64,000 bases of DNA from Callorhinchus milii (Eukaryota). Below, one piece after another: positions 1-12,535 of this stretch. Each line of letters starts with the position of its first letter. The stretch's first letter is position 1. The translations under genes were made by a program, and so were the position numbers. Under the pieces are notes generated by a model. That model searched no databases and was not told where the DNA came from. It saw only the letters and a list, made by a program, of their open reading frames with translations. The stretch lies in contig NW_024704749.1 in the NCBI RefSeq assembly GCF_018977255.1, positions 6,510,001-6,574,000 on the forward strand. Reading direction: 5' to 3'.

Positions 1-1452
1 ATTCAGTCTTAAAATTCCAAGGATAGTTGAAGATAAAAATAGCGGACTTGAAGTATTTGAGGTTTATGGAGTTCCGTAGTGTAGTGGTTAGTTTGATTGC
101 CTTTTTTCCCCCAGTTTTTCCCAATATGAACACTCAGAAACAAGTAGTAATGCTGTACAGCACATCTACATTTACTAAAAGGGATTAGATTTTTGGTTTG
201 CTAAAAGTAGTTTTGCCTGCCACATTGGCACCCCATTTTTAGCACTGATAAGTTGCAAATGTAAGGTGCAAATATAAGGTGCAAATTGTACTCTCAAGGA
301 AACTTGAAAATTAATTTGTGTTATGTCAGTCATTTCCCCAAAGACCTAAAGAAGCAAAATGTTGTGCTTTTTCATAGACATGTACTGAGGCAGACTTTCA
401 ATTTCATCACTTACTCAAATTATTTCTAGTTCAGCAATTGAATGTTAGGACAAAATGTTCTACTGCAACTTCAGAGATGCACTGTGAAAACAACAAATAG
501 AGCACTTTTCTTGATTGATATAGATATCTATCTATCACCTACCAATTGCTAAAAGAAACAACAATTTTGTTGGCGGTTTATAATGGAAAATATCATTATA
601 TGACATACTGATCTTAGTGATCACTGCATAATAAAATCACAGAATAAAAAGTCCAGAAACAATAAATACTTTAAACTACCCACATTCCCAACACCAGGGT
701 AGCTGACACAGAACAGTGGTTAAGCATAATTATTTAAATTTCTGTCCTGATCAGATCATTCACTTCTTTTATACATAATCTATATCTTTTATACAATATC
801 TATAATATACGTGGTTAAAAAAAAATACTTCCTCATGAAATTCCACACAAAACTGATTATGGTTCTTTGGCATCCAACTCTGTAATAGTTGTCCATGTAA
901 AAGTATTTTATCTTTGTTTGAAGTGTGATGAGGACAATGAACAAACTAAAAGTTTGAACTGACTACCCACAAAAATACAGTCATCCAGCTGGCCAATTTT
1001 ATTGCATTATGTGCTGGTATTGGGTGGGATACCTTCAAGGGTATGAACTCCACCCATTCTTCAGACATAATTGATTGGTGGACATTTTGCAAGACACTTG
1101 CTGAATGGGAGTCATCAATTTCAATCATATTTCCAACATGCCAATCAAAAGATATTGCATTTAGAAATTAATTTCACTGCCAAATGCCTAAAGATATCCT
1201 GAGAAAGGAAAACAGTCCAATAGTTTTCTTGAGACAATCATTATTGAGGTAATCACTGAACGATATGTGCTACCAGGTACACTGGTGTTTTTTGTTGATT
1301 TTACAGTGCTGGAAAAAGCACCCAACACACCTATTGACAGTGTATCTTATTTGCCAATAGGTTTTCACCTTGATGTACATTGAGTGACTTGAACACTGTA
1401 CACGCATTTACTGAAAAACAAAAGTACAGAATACTTCAAATTTGATGTTTTG

Positions 1453-2038
1453 AAAACAACAACAAAATTACAATTATAGAGCGCCTTTCACGTCGGGAGG
1501 ACGTCCCAAAGCACTGAACAGTCAGGTGTCGGGGCACGAGTATGGGGGAGAGGTGGTGTAGGAGTGAGGGAAGGCAGAGAGGTGGGAGGGCGACCAAAGG
1601 CACAATCGAAGAGAAGGGTCTCGAGACCGGGCTTGAAGGAGGCAAGAGAGGAAGCAAGGCAAAGTGACCGTGGGATGGAGTTCCAGAGTGTGGGGGCAGA
1701 GAGGCTGAAAACCCAGCCACCGATGGTAGGGCGGGAGACATAGAGCAGACCGGAGCCCACTAAATGGAGGGAGCGGGCAGGTTGGTAGGGAGTCAGTAGA
1801 TCAGAGAGGTAGGAGGGGGCAAGGGCATGGATTGCCTTGAAACTCAGGACGAGGATCTTGAACTCGATCCTCTGGGGGATAGGGAGCCAGTGGAGCTGGG
1901 CGAGGGTGGGAGTGATGGGGTCGCGGAGCCTGGTGCGCGAGAGTACACGAGCTGCAGAGTTTTGGATGATCTGCATCTTGTGAGTGGAAGAGTTGGGAAG
2001 GTCGATGAGGAGGGAGTTTCCGTAATCGAGCCTTGATG
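1453..2038 (-). mobile_element. 5'-truncated L2-clade LINE (RT C-terminus, 3' UTR, (TTG)n tail)
   Basis: SRLDYGNSLL...IQNSAARVL...ITPTLAQLHWLPIPQRIEFKIL...FSLSAPTLWNSIP is the typical L2 ORF2 end. Tail GGGACGTCCTCCCGACGTGAAAGGCGCT followed by TTG repeats. Confidence 0.92.
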
Positions 2039-2476
2039 TGAAAAGTTCAACCAAATAAAACAAGCATTGCTTAGTTAATCTGTCTTCTTTTATAAGGTAC
2101 CCTCTTTCTAAACAAAAAGAATACATCATATTTCTTGATTCACTCTGCAATTCATAAAGGAAAACAAAAATAAGGATTCACATGTTTCAACAAGTAAAAC
2201 CCACAAACCATTAAACAGATTATACTTTCAAGATAATGAACAATGCTGAAAGGAAAACAAGCCAAACAATTCTATTCTTACCAGTTATGTGAAGTTGCAC
2301 CACCCAAGTACTCCTGACATTTAATATGGGGCACCAATATAAAGGCATATCACTCAAACAGGATGAAAAGGAAGATTTCTGAAGAAGTTCACTACAGGTA
2401 GCTAAAGGAGCAGCAAAGTTCAGAGCAGAACCACTGGAAAGGGCATTTAGCAAGTAAGTATATGCTGTAAACTTGG

Positions 2477-2845
2477 TACAGTAGAACCCTGTTATAACAC
2501 AGTAGTGAGCGGTGGAGGGGGGGGGGGTGGTTATAAAACCCCAAACAGTTGCATAACAGGGTATGATTGTCAATCTGATGCTTCTGCATTCATTGTTCAT
2601 GTGTGCAGAAAAAGCTGCGTGTTTCAAAATGCTGGCCAGCTTTTAGCGCACATGAAGTCAAAGTGACCAACTTTCAAGGTAATCAGTTTGCTACAACTCA
2701 ACGGCTTAACAACGGCCATTTTTTGCTAGTGAAAAGCCAGTCAGCTGTCTTTCTGTGTGCATTTTGGGTTTTTTTTTAAAAAAAAGAAAACCCGGACTCA
2801 AACCTCATTATAAACGAACCCGGGATATAACCGGATTGTGCTGCA
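2477..2845. mobile_element. Decayed Tc1/mariner (Tigger/pogo-like) non-autonomous element
   Basis: Left end TACAGTAGAACCCTGTTATAAC. Reverse complement of the right end is TGCAGCACAATCCGGTTATATC (16/22 match). TA-CAGT start. Confidence 0.55.
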
Positions 2846-4145
2846 GTTCAAACATTAATTTTGTTAGGGTAATTGGATTGTGGTAATCTTTGTCACAGGT
2901 ACACAAAGAGCACATTAAATTTATAAAAGAAACAAAATGAAAAGTACAGCAGAAATCTAAGAGTTACCAGTTTGGGACTGCTGGCCTATGCCTCCTGGTG
3001 GTAACTTCTAGTATGGACTGACACAGGCCTGAGAGCAGGTGATGTGATGAGCTACAATGTGATGGGGAGCAGGGAGAAAAGAGGAGAAAATAAAAAGATT
3101 TCATGCCCACATTAAAAATAAGGTAACCAAAGTTTTTCCTTCTAATTCTCAAACATTGTGATGTACATCAGGTCATCACCACATCTGTTCACTTATTAAT
3201 TAAAATGTTGTTTGATTGAACCCTTCTGCAAACTCTGTTGTGTATGGCCTCCAAGTTTTCTCTTTTTTTAAAAAAGGCCTATTCAGCCAAAATTATGCAG
3301 GAAATGACATTGTGGTGTTTGGAGAAACATTATACAGTTCAATATGGCTTCCAGGACAATAATATGATTTACAATTATTTTTACTAAGGAAATCAAAGTT
3401 AAAGTTTTGGAGATACAGTAATATAAAGTTTTTTTGGGGGGTGATAATTTATTAGTTTTGAAGTTTGGTGAAACTTGGTTGCAAATTACTGCTCAAGGAC
3501 ACAGTGTTTATGGATACAATTACAGTGATACTTTCCAGTTTACTCGAACTGAAACATGTTCACAAACATATGATAGTTTTTTCCAGGTATTGAAACTTCA
3601 ATTGTTTATTTTTCACATATAAAAAAAAGTGGAAGAATATCACATTGCAACCAATTCATAGCTTTGCCCGAAGAGTAAAAAAAAAAGTGCTAATCAAAAT
3701 ACAATTGTTTGAGCCAGTCGTGTATCTCTGCCAGATCTGCTATCGTTTAACACAAGTACTGTAACTGAATAAACTGACTGCTAGTGTGTATTCCATTCTA
3801 CTTGGGAGTTTGACCCTGTTTCCTGAGCATTGCTGCCTCTGTAGCTGATCCAAATACAGAACAGATGGCATAATCAGATAAGTTCAGCAGGACAATCTAC
3901 TAGTTTAAAGGATTTTTTTTTAAAAAAAGTGCTGTTTTATACAGCTTTCTTGAAGTTATTGTTTCTAAGTGTATATATTGTTTCTTATTAAGGTGAAAGA
4001 TACCAGAGAAGTTCGAACATCATGTAGTTTGAACATCCAAATGCCGATGCTCAGGCATTACATGGCTAGACATAAGCATAAAACTTTCTTTCAATTTCCC
4101 AAACCAGCTGTCCTATGACCTCTTTGAAGTGGGATTGCTAACTTA

Positions 4146-4325
4146 GAGATGGGGGACCAGTTGAGTTAGGGTATTTAATCCTTCAAAAAAAAGTAATACA
4201 ATTTATAGGTAGGCATAGTGGTAGTACCGGTGAAAGAAGTGTGCTAACCGACTGCACATCCAGATCTAAAGAATTTTTCAAACGATATTTCAAAGGAATT
4301 AAAATTCCCTAACTGGTCCCATTTC
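4146..4325. repeat. Imperfect ~40-bp inverted repeat around a ~100-bp spacer (MITE-like)
   Basis: GAGATGGGGGACCAGTTGAGTTAGGGTATTTAATCCTTCAAA versus reverse complement of right arm GAAATGGGACCAGTTAGGGAATTTTAATTCCTTTGAAA. Confidence 0.6.
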
Positions 4326-4753
4326 CTTTGCTCATCTAAGAGCCCAATAGAGAGGCAGACACAACAGCAACTCTATTTCATGGGTCACCGAATAACACCC
4401 TCTCTACAGAACAAAACAGTCCATGTTAAAGGCGTGCATTTGAAAAGAAAGTACAGTATTACACAGCTGCAATGGTCTCAGTCCACTCAAAATGGAAACG
4501 GCGCCAGAGGACAACAGCAGATGTGTGTTTTTTTACAAATGACTTTGTTTTGAAATTTATATTTCGCACATTGGTTCTGTCAAAAATGTAATGTTGTTAG
4601 TAATACGGTCAGAAATGAGGAGTAAACTGCAATACTGCTGTCACAAGTAAAATAATAGATGCTGCTGATCTCAAAGCTAGCGAGTGTGTAAAGACTGGCA
4701 ACAAGCACTCTTAAGTACTGAGATGGCACATGAGGGTTGACAGATAAGCAGAG

Positions 4754-5080
4754 TAATAATAATAATAATCCTTGCATTTGATGTAGCGCTTTTCACGTCG
4801 GGAGGACGTTCCAAAGCGCTTCACAGAACACACTGTAAAGTGAATTGACTGTATATTTGTGGGCGAACGCGGCAGCCAATTGCGCGCAGCAGCGTCCCAC
4901 AAACAGTCGTAGATTGAAAATGACCAATTTTATTATTGTTTTGGGTTTTTGGAGGGATTATCATTAGGGCTGTGTGTGGAGTAAGGAAACTTGCCCAAGG
5001 TTTCGCCCTCTGCCTGGAATTGAACTCGGGTCTCTGGCTCGCAAAGCGAGTGCTCTAACCACTGAGCTACAGGACTCCAC
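4754..5080 (-). mobile_element. tRNA-derived SINE, short subfamily, full length
   Basis: Head GTGGAGTCCTGTAGCTCAGTGGTTAGAGC (A box)...GAGTTCAATTCC (B box), L2-like tail and (ATT)n. Near-identical to copies at 14789, 16540 and 40534. Confidence 0.9.
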
Positions 5081-5854
5081 CATCACCAGGTGTACCCGCC
5101 ATCACCAACACCTACCCCTTTCCTAAAGTAAAGCAGAGGAGCATTTACCACTCCAAGTTCGCCCCACGCAAATCACTAATACGTGTGGACCCCCCCAAAA
5201 AAAAATACGGTTACAACGCTGACTCGATCGTAAAGGTTTCGCCCGGAAGAAGAAAAAAAACGCGTCCATCCCGTCCATTCGCTTTTACAGCGTGTTCTGC
5301 GAAGCGCTCTGAGACGCCTCAACGACGTGGTGAGGCGTTATACGAAAGGCGAGGGGGAGGGCGCGGGTGATCTGAACCACGTTCAGCGACGGCGGTGAGC
5401 GGAGCGAGTAGTTCTTTTGAAATATTTTATCTTTTTTTGGAAAAAGGAGAGAGGTAAAGTGGTCAGAGAGACATCAAGATGTTCTCGTTGTTGTCATCAC
5501 TGCGCATACAAACCACACGCACAAACACACACACACTCACTCACTCACTCACTCACACAAAACACTTCCAGTGCTGATCTACGAGACGGGACGCAAATAA
5601 AACTGTGTAAAAAAAATAGGGGGCGGGGGGGGGAGGAGACCAGAAAAATACTCGAAAAGTACATTTAGTGCCCACAGGGCTCTCGAGGTGGCGGTAAACT
5701 TTAATCCATGAGGAGAAATAAACGCAGGGGACAAGGTTACAGGGAGAGAAACACACACACACACACACACGCAGATACACACACACACACACACGGAGGG
5801 AAAGTTCGGACCTGACACGAAAAGTAAAAGTGACACCTTGATTTTAACGCTTAC

Positions 5855-5975
5855 TTTCGTTGGGGATTTCGGCTCTGTCCGGGTGGGCGCCGGTCCCTGT
5901 CCCCACCGCGTTGTTGTCTTCCGTCAGGATCAGGGGCACGTCGTCGTCGTCCTCGTCGTCCACGGGCAGCGCCAT
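5855..5975 (-). CDS. TPCN1: Two-pore channel 1, first coding exon (rest of gene lies left of the window)
   Basis: ATG at 5975 reads MALPVDDEDDDDVPLILTEDNNAVGTGTGAHPDRAEIPNE, matching the TPC1 N-terminal DDDVPLILT sorting motif. Phase-1 donor A|gtaagc at 5854. Head-to-head with IQCD as in human. Confidence 0.9.
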
Positions 5976-6099
5976 GACCGGCCGAACGAACACAGAGGGC
6001 TTCCTCAACACCCCTCCGCAAAGCCGACGACAAGCGACGCGCTGGACCCGCCCGCGCGCCCGCGCCTACCCACCACGCTACGCAACCTAACTTAACGTC

Positions 6100-6750
6100 C
6101 TGCACAGGCACAGCAGCCGAAGGAGGAGGCAGAGGGGAGGGGGTCGGGAAGTGGGGGGCGGAGAAGATCCTGCCCCACTCCTACCTATCGCGTCCGCTGA
6201 TTGGCGAGGACTGACCGCCGTCGAGCGGGGCCTGGCAGGCTGATTGGCTGGGGTCGCGCGTCAATCTCGCTGAGCTGAGCGGCGCGTGGCGCGGGCGGGT
6301 GGAGAGGGGCAACCAGCACGTTTGGTTGAGCCGACAAACGTCGCCAGGCGTTTTTTTCCCCTTCTGTGGTGGTGGTGATTGTTATTCACGACGACGACGA
6401 TGATGATGATGACGACGCGCGCGCGCGCGTGCGCTCGCGAGCGCGTTTTGAAAAAAAACCGTCGCCGGATGTGTGACAGGAGGAGGAGGGAAGGAGGGAG
6501 GTCACGTGGTCAGAGGGCGGCGTGATCGACGGTCTCCTAGCGACGCGGGACAACAGATGCTCACAAACACAAGGCCGCCCGGGGTGGGGGGGGTGGCCGT
6601 GAGGGGCGAGAAGCGGACTCAACGACGACAACTTTCCTCTCAAACCACCCGAGACTGCACGATGACCATATTTTGTTGTAACCCCCAATCCTGGGACACG
6701 CGTTGACCAGAACCGAACTCACCCAAATTCCTGATGCCGTCAGGTAAACA
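6100..6750. promoter_or_regulatory. CpG-island bidirectional promoter TPCN1/IQCD; probable IQCD non-coding exon 1 ending 6743
   Basis: CpG-rich. Two GCTGATTGG (reverse CCAAT) boxes near 6197 and 6239, GTCACGTGG E-box 6501-6509, X-box-like GTCTCCTAGCGAC 6532-6544, donor CAG|gtaaac at 6744. Confidence 0.75.
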
Positions 6751-7267
6751 GGAGAAGTGTTTTTTTTATTGGGGGGGGAGAGTGGGAGGGGGGGGTGGAG
6801 TGGGGGCGAAATTAATGGGTGTGTTTCTCTGATGTATCTGTTGTTTTTTTTGAAAAAAAAAGTTTTTATGGTTCTTGCTCAATTTTTGTGGCTGAACGGA
6901 GTGACGAGACGGGGCAATATTTGCCTCCCCCCCCCCCTCCCCACCACCCCACCCTCCCCCCCCACCACCCACCAAGGCGACACCTCATCCCAGAGAATGT
7001 CTCCAGAAATAACGATAAGCCTCGTGCTTGATACCCCGCCGTATCACGTCGTCGAGACGTCTCAATGCGCCTCACGGAAAGCACCGTGATTTTTTTGTTT
7101 GAAATCGGGCAAAAAAGGTTCAAACGCACTACCTCATCGGGCTCGACAATTTTTGCGAGGTTTACTGCTGCGGCAAACGCCGAGTAAAGTATTGTCTTAT
7201 GTTGCACAGGGACAATCAGTTGAAACTTTCAAGGTCTCATGCGAACAGTCCGCTGGAGGAGGGAACA

Positions 7268-10200
7268 ATGGCAAATAAAGTCTTGATCTCCATCATGCCA
7301 ACGCCAGACAATAATGTGACCAAAGCTGTACCACGTTCTGCGCGAAAACAGGTCAAAATAGACGCACTTAAGATCCTAGATCCAGCTAGAACCAAACTCA
7401 CGTCAATTGAAGCAGAGAGAATCATCTCCGTGCTTGAAAATACCATCAAGAAGATAGAAAGGGTTGGCCTGTTCTCATACCTGGCTGAAAATCTCGACCG
7501 ATACAGCGTTGCCTTTGGCGTAGAGTTGATGTGTGCCATGAAGGAGTACCAAAAAATAGAGAAATACCTGCAGGTTGTGGTGAACAGTAAGTACGAGGAA
7601 CCCGAAGAAAGTAAACCCTCTCGGAGCCAAAAATTAAAGGCTAAAGCCAAAGAGGAGAGAATGAAACAGGAACGGGTGCACAACATTCAAATCCTGGAGC
7701 AGGCGCTCAAAAACTCGGTCAAAGACATCCTGCGGCTCTTTCAGGGGAATCCTGTAGGGTGTCACGCTATTAAACTAGAATATAGAGCGGAGCATCAGAC
7801 CTGCAAAGAGCTCATTCAGGGGCTGGAAGAACTCAGAGAGTTCACATTCGAGCGACTTCTTGTAACCTCTACAGAGGAGAGAGAAAAGATGAAATATGTG
7901 CAAGACGTCATATTTCGAGACAAGAAAAATGAGGAGGTTATTGCTGCTTTGGAGGCAGAACTCGAAAAGGCCTACCAAGATAAGGAAAATGAGGTATACA
8001 TGAATGGTAGTATTCAGTGCATATGTTCCATCTGTCCAGAAATATTATGTTAGAACAGTGTTTAAATATCTCACATATACTCTCAGAGCCTAACATCATA
8101 CATGCTCAAGCCTGATTGCACTTTCACCAGGAGAGCTTTCAGCCACTACATCCCAAAGCTTTGGAGCGATCTCTCCAATCCCTCCACCTTGCCCCCTCCT
8201 TCCCCACTTTTAGATCACAATTGAAGATCTTCTCCTCTTCTCCTTCAACCGTGCTTACGGTCACCTCCTCCCTCCCCCCGCTCAGCATCAGGCTCCGCCA
8301 CAGTTAAGTGCTCTGAGACGCTGCTCTGCGTGAAGGATGCTATATAAATGCACTCTGCTGCATTTCTATAGCCTGCGCAATTTGGTGTAGAAGCATTTCT
8401 GTGGTTATAATAATAATAATCCTTGCATTTGATATAGCCTTTTCATGTCTTCTAGACATCTCAAAGAGCTTCACAGAACACGCTGCAAAGTAAACCGACC
8501 CTATATTTGTGGGCGAAAAGCGGCTGCCAATCGCATACAGCAGTGTCCCACAAACATTTCTGGATTGAGCGACCAAATCATTTTTTTTTGAAGGATTATT
8601 ATCTCATATATATATATACACATATATATACATATATATATACATATATATCAAAAGTATATTGGGAGCACCTTTGATTGAGTATATATTTTCAATCTCC
8701 TTTGCCAGGTTTTGAAAAAAAACGATATCATCCGAAAGCTCAAAACCAATCTGCACCAACTCGAGTTGTTTTCGGAAGATTACATCCGTCAAACTAAACT
8801 GGAGGCAGAGAAACAGCAACAGGCAGACATGAAGGCTTCAGAGCTGAAAGTCACTAAATTACAGGAAATGATAACCGATCGCAGAGCTAACTTGACCAAC
8901 ATGATAACAGAGCACCGTGACGCTGAACTGGCTTTAAGAAAGGTAAGGTGGGAAACCCTAGGTACTGCTACAACTGAATTTACCACTCATTTTCATTTAG
9001 ATAATACAATTGTGTTTCTTGAGGGGGGAATGCACACTGAAAAGGCAAAGCTAGCAGAAACCAAATATTCCATTATCCAATGTGTAACTGTGGAAAAATC
9101 CACAGTGCATCCACCCTGGCAAAACTCCTAAATGTTGAAGCCTTTCCCACAAAGTTACTTCCACCATGTCACATGCCATTTAAACTTAGACATTCTGTAT
9201 ATAGTATTACACCCCAAAGCTTTGAAACTCTCCCTCAATCCCTCTGCTTTGCCCCCCAATTCCCCTCTTTTAGATCTCAACTGAAGACATTCCTCTTCGA
9301 CCATACTTACTGTCACCTCCTCCCTCCACCTGGCTCAGCGACAAGCTCTGCCAATATGAAGCTCTCCCACGCGAAGGGGGCTATATAAATACAAGTTGTT
9401 GTTGTTGTATTGTCCTTACTTCATCACTGGGTCAAAAATCCTGGAATTTCCTACTTTAACAGTTTTTAATCTGAATTAATATTTTTAATAACCAAATTGA
9501 ACACACCAACTTTTATGGATTTTTTTCAGAGAAAGTATAAAGTTGAAACTGAGGTTGAAAACTGGATTCTGAAGTATGATGCTGATATGGGAGAAAAGCA
9601 GGTACAGTACAAAGCGTAGTTACATAGGTACAGATGCTACATAAAATGCAAGAGTAATATAATTTATTATATGTAAAGAAATACTAGAATCTCTAGTCAG
9701 CTTTATATAAAGTGACAATAGTTATTGTAGTAAAGTGGTTAGACACTCACCTCGCTAGGAACCGGGCAGGGTGAAACCTTACGCAAGTTTCCTTAATCCA
9801 CACAGCTCTGTTTACCTAGTAATAAGTAGGAACCCAGTTACTAGTTGATAGGTGGATCACTTTATGGGGATAATAATCCCCTCAAAAAATAAATTGTTTG
9901 TTCAATCCACAACTGTTTGTGGGACACTGCTGTGCGCAATTGGCTGCCACGTTTTGCCCACAAAATACAGTCAATTCACTTTCTGTGAAGCGCTTTGAGA
10001 TGTCTCAACGTCATGATAAGGCGCTATATCAAATTATTATTTGAAAGGGTTATTATTGTTACTGATTATTGTCTACTGAAATGAATTGAAAATATGCAGG
10101 AGGAGTTTGAAGAGCTCGAAAAAGTGCACAAAGTAGAAAACAGTCAGCTCACGGAGCTGGAAGGAAAGCTCCACATGCTGGAGGATGAATACAAGCAGAT

Positions 10201-10417
10201 TATGGACGAAAAGGAGGTTAAGGAGTTGGAAAGAAAGGCCAAGGAGGAAGAGCTGTTAAAGACGACCAAAGCAGTCGTCACCATCCAGGCTTTCTGGAAG
10301 GGTTACAAAGTGCGGCAGCTGGTGAAAACCCTGAGAAAGAAAAAGAAGAAGAAGAAAGGAAAGAAGAGAAGGGGAAAAGCAAAAGCAGGCCGGAAAGGGA
10401 AAGGGAAAAAGAAGTGA
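7268..10417 (+). CDS. IQCD: IQ motif containing D / dynein regulatory complex 10; coding exons 7268-7993, 8709-8942, 9530-9601, 10100-10417 (449 aa)
   Basis: All junctions GT-AG and phase 0; total 1350 nt. Coiled-coil protein with [19 protein letters not shown] motif [11 protein letters not shown] and a Lys-rich C-tail. Synteny with TPCN1 and RITA1. Confidence 0.93.
8110..8360 (+). mobile_element. Old L2 3' fragment
   Basis: Degenerate ...[18 protein letters not shown] and tail GTGAAGGATGCTATATAAATGCA. Similar piece at 9200-9410. Confidence 0.6.
9725..10041 (+). mobile_element. tRNA-derived SINE, long subfamily
   Basis: Same head and tail as the short type plus the internal CTGTTTACCTAGTAATAAGTAGGAAC segment. 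Confidence 0.85.
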
Positions 10418-11721
10418 GGAAAAGGAAAAATGGCAAAGAGAAACTAAAAGATAAAAGAAAAGGAAAACCATGTGTACTATTTTTAATCTTTAAAGTTTGT
10501 GCCGATAGAGTGTTCACATTTGCATTTGTTTTAAGTAAATATTAATGTGGTTAAAATCTGAAAAAAATGCAATTATAGTACACTTGAGGTGTAACAAACA
10601 CACTTCAGTGTTGTACCATATGCACCCAAATTTTTAACTAGTTATTTTTGAAAGGTTGAATTTGGAATGAGGTGCTGTTACAAAGCAGAGAAAATAATTA
10701 CCTACAAAATGACATGCTTCATTGATGTTTAGTTTAATAAAAATGTCCATTCATTCATCCAATCACTAAAATAAACAGTATTTTACTTGGCACATCTTGG
10801 AATATCTCACTGATTACATTAAACCCTGTGAAGCACTTTGAGACGATTCAACAATGCGTTACGGTGCTATATTGAATCCAAGGCTTATTGTTTATTGTAA
10901 TATATATTTTCGCTCAAAGATAGATAAGATTTCACACATCTGATTACACAATTGCACAAAATATTGCTATTTTCAAAGATTAATACAAATGAAACATACA
11001 AGAACAAGCCCAAATTAAGTTGAATGAAAATGAAATCACACTCCTTATCTTTATCCCAATAAGGTGCGTAAACCCTCAACAGGACCAATTAAACTGGTCA
11101 TATCTGTTTTGTTCGGTTCATGAATTGTGACTTGTGTGAAATATTTCCATCCGAAATATTTAAGTGTTTTGGAATCTGATTTGACGATCCATCATATATG
11201 CATTTCGGCCATAAAATACACAGTCAATCCACTTTACAATATATCCTGTGAAGCGCTTTGAAAAGTCTCAACAACGTGATAAGAAGTTACATCAAATATA
11301 AGGATTATTATTATAATAAAGTTTTTTTATTAAATGAACTTCCTTTGGGCTGATATTGACAATACCGCAAGTGGCATTTTGGAAATTAGATTCAGTAGAC
11401 AGAGATTGCTAAGTAGTTGAGAGGACTTTGTTCAAATAAAATTCAACTCAGGATATTGATGCTTGCCCTTCAATGCTGTGTGCCATATCCATTTACCAAG
11501 ATTCAGCCACCAATGGTTGACTTTTATAATGGCTTTTGTACATAGTAACCCCCGATAATCACGGGTGGCATACTGATCATGTTGCAAATGGGAGTCCAAA
11601 CTAACATGCTTATCCTACATGTTCTAAAATGCTCCTCAAGGTCGCCCTACTTTTGCTTTACAATTTCCTGCAGAGGAGCCACTCGCTGTTGGTGTACAGA
11701 ACTTGCATTAGACAAATGGAT

Positions 11722-12092
11722 TGGAATCCTATAGTGTATTAGTTAGAGCGCTCACTTCACAAGCGAGAAGATCCCCCGTGTTCGATTCCCAGGCAGGGTG
11801 AAACCTTAGGCAACTTTCCTTACTCCACATGCCTTTGTTTACCTAGCAATAAGTAGAAACCTGGTCATTAATCGATTGGGAGAATGCTTTCCAGGGGTAA
11901 TAATCCCTTCAAAAATAATTAGGTCACTCATTCCACGAATGTTTGTGGGAAACTGCTGTGTGCAATTGGCTGCTGCGTTTCACCCAAAAAATATACAGCC
12001 AATTCACTTTACGGTAATTTCTGTGAAATGCTTTGAGATATCTTGACGACATGATAAGGCACTATATCAAATGCAAGGATTGTTATATTATT
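11722..12092 (+). mobile_element. tRNA-derived SINE, long subfamily (probably inside the RITA1 3' UTR, antisense)
   Basis: A and B boxes, internal TTTACCTAGCAATAAGTAGAAAC segment, tail ATCAAATGCAAGGATT. Confidence 0.87.
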
Positions 12093-12535
12093 AAATGCAA
12101 AAAGAGCTTATGCCAAATGCTAATTATCCACTGGAATATATGCTTTTGTGAAGGCTACTTAGCTTTTCATTGGCCTGTTCGTGTTTAATATTTCAATAGC
12201 GGTCTGTGTTATTTAAATATAAAAGCATAGGAAAAAAAACAATTTAAATGTAGGTAATGTTGTGGCATAAGGCAAACCATTAGGTTACTCTATTAACGAT
12301 CCTGTGATGCTATCTGAAAAGAGAAAGAGAATTTCTCCCAGTGTCCCAGTAAAGGATCTTCAAATAAATGCTGTTATTCACTTTATAGGTGCGGGCAGGA
12401 CTTGGGGTGTGCAAGACTGTAGCTGCTATTTGCCTACAAATAAAGTCACTGCACTTAAGCACTTTTTAAATATTTGGCTATGTTATAGGTACTATGTAAA
12501 ATGCAAGGCTTTTTTTTTGCAAGGCATTTTCATAA

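Noticed and set aside
4754-5080. tRNA-like sequences (also at 14789, 16870, 40534)
   Set aside because: They are SINE heads with no acceptor-stem 3' half, followed by repeat body; not tRNA genes.
7237-7686. 149-aa antisense ORF over IQCD (likewise 27412-27876 over DDX54)
   Set aside because: Shadow frames of Lys/Glu-rich coding exons.
10330-10417. Poly-lysine tail of IQCD
   Set aside because: A Lys/Gly-rich C-terminus is a known feature of the family.
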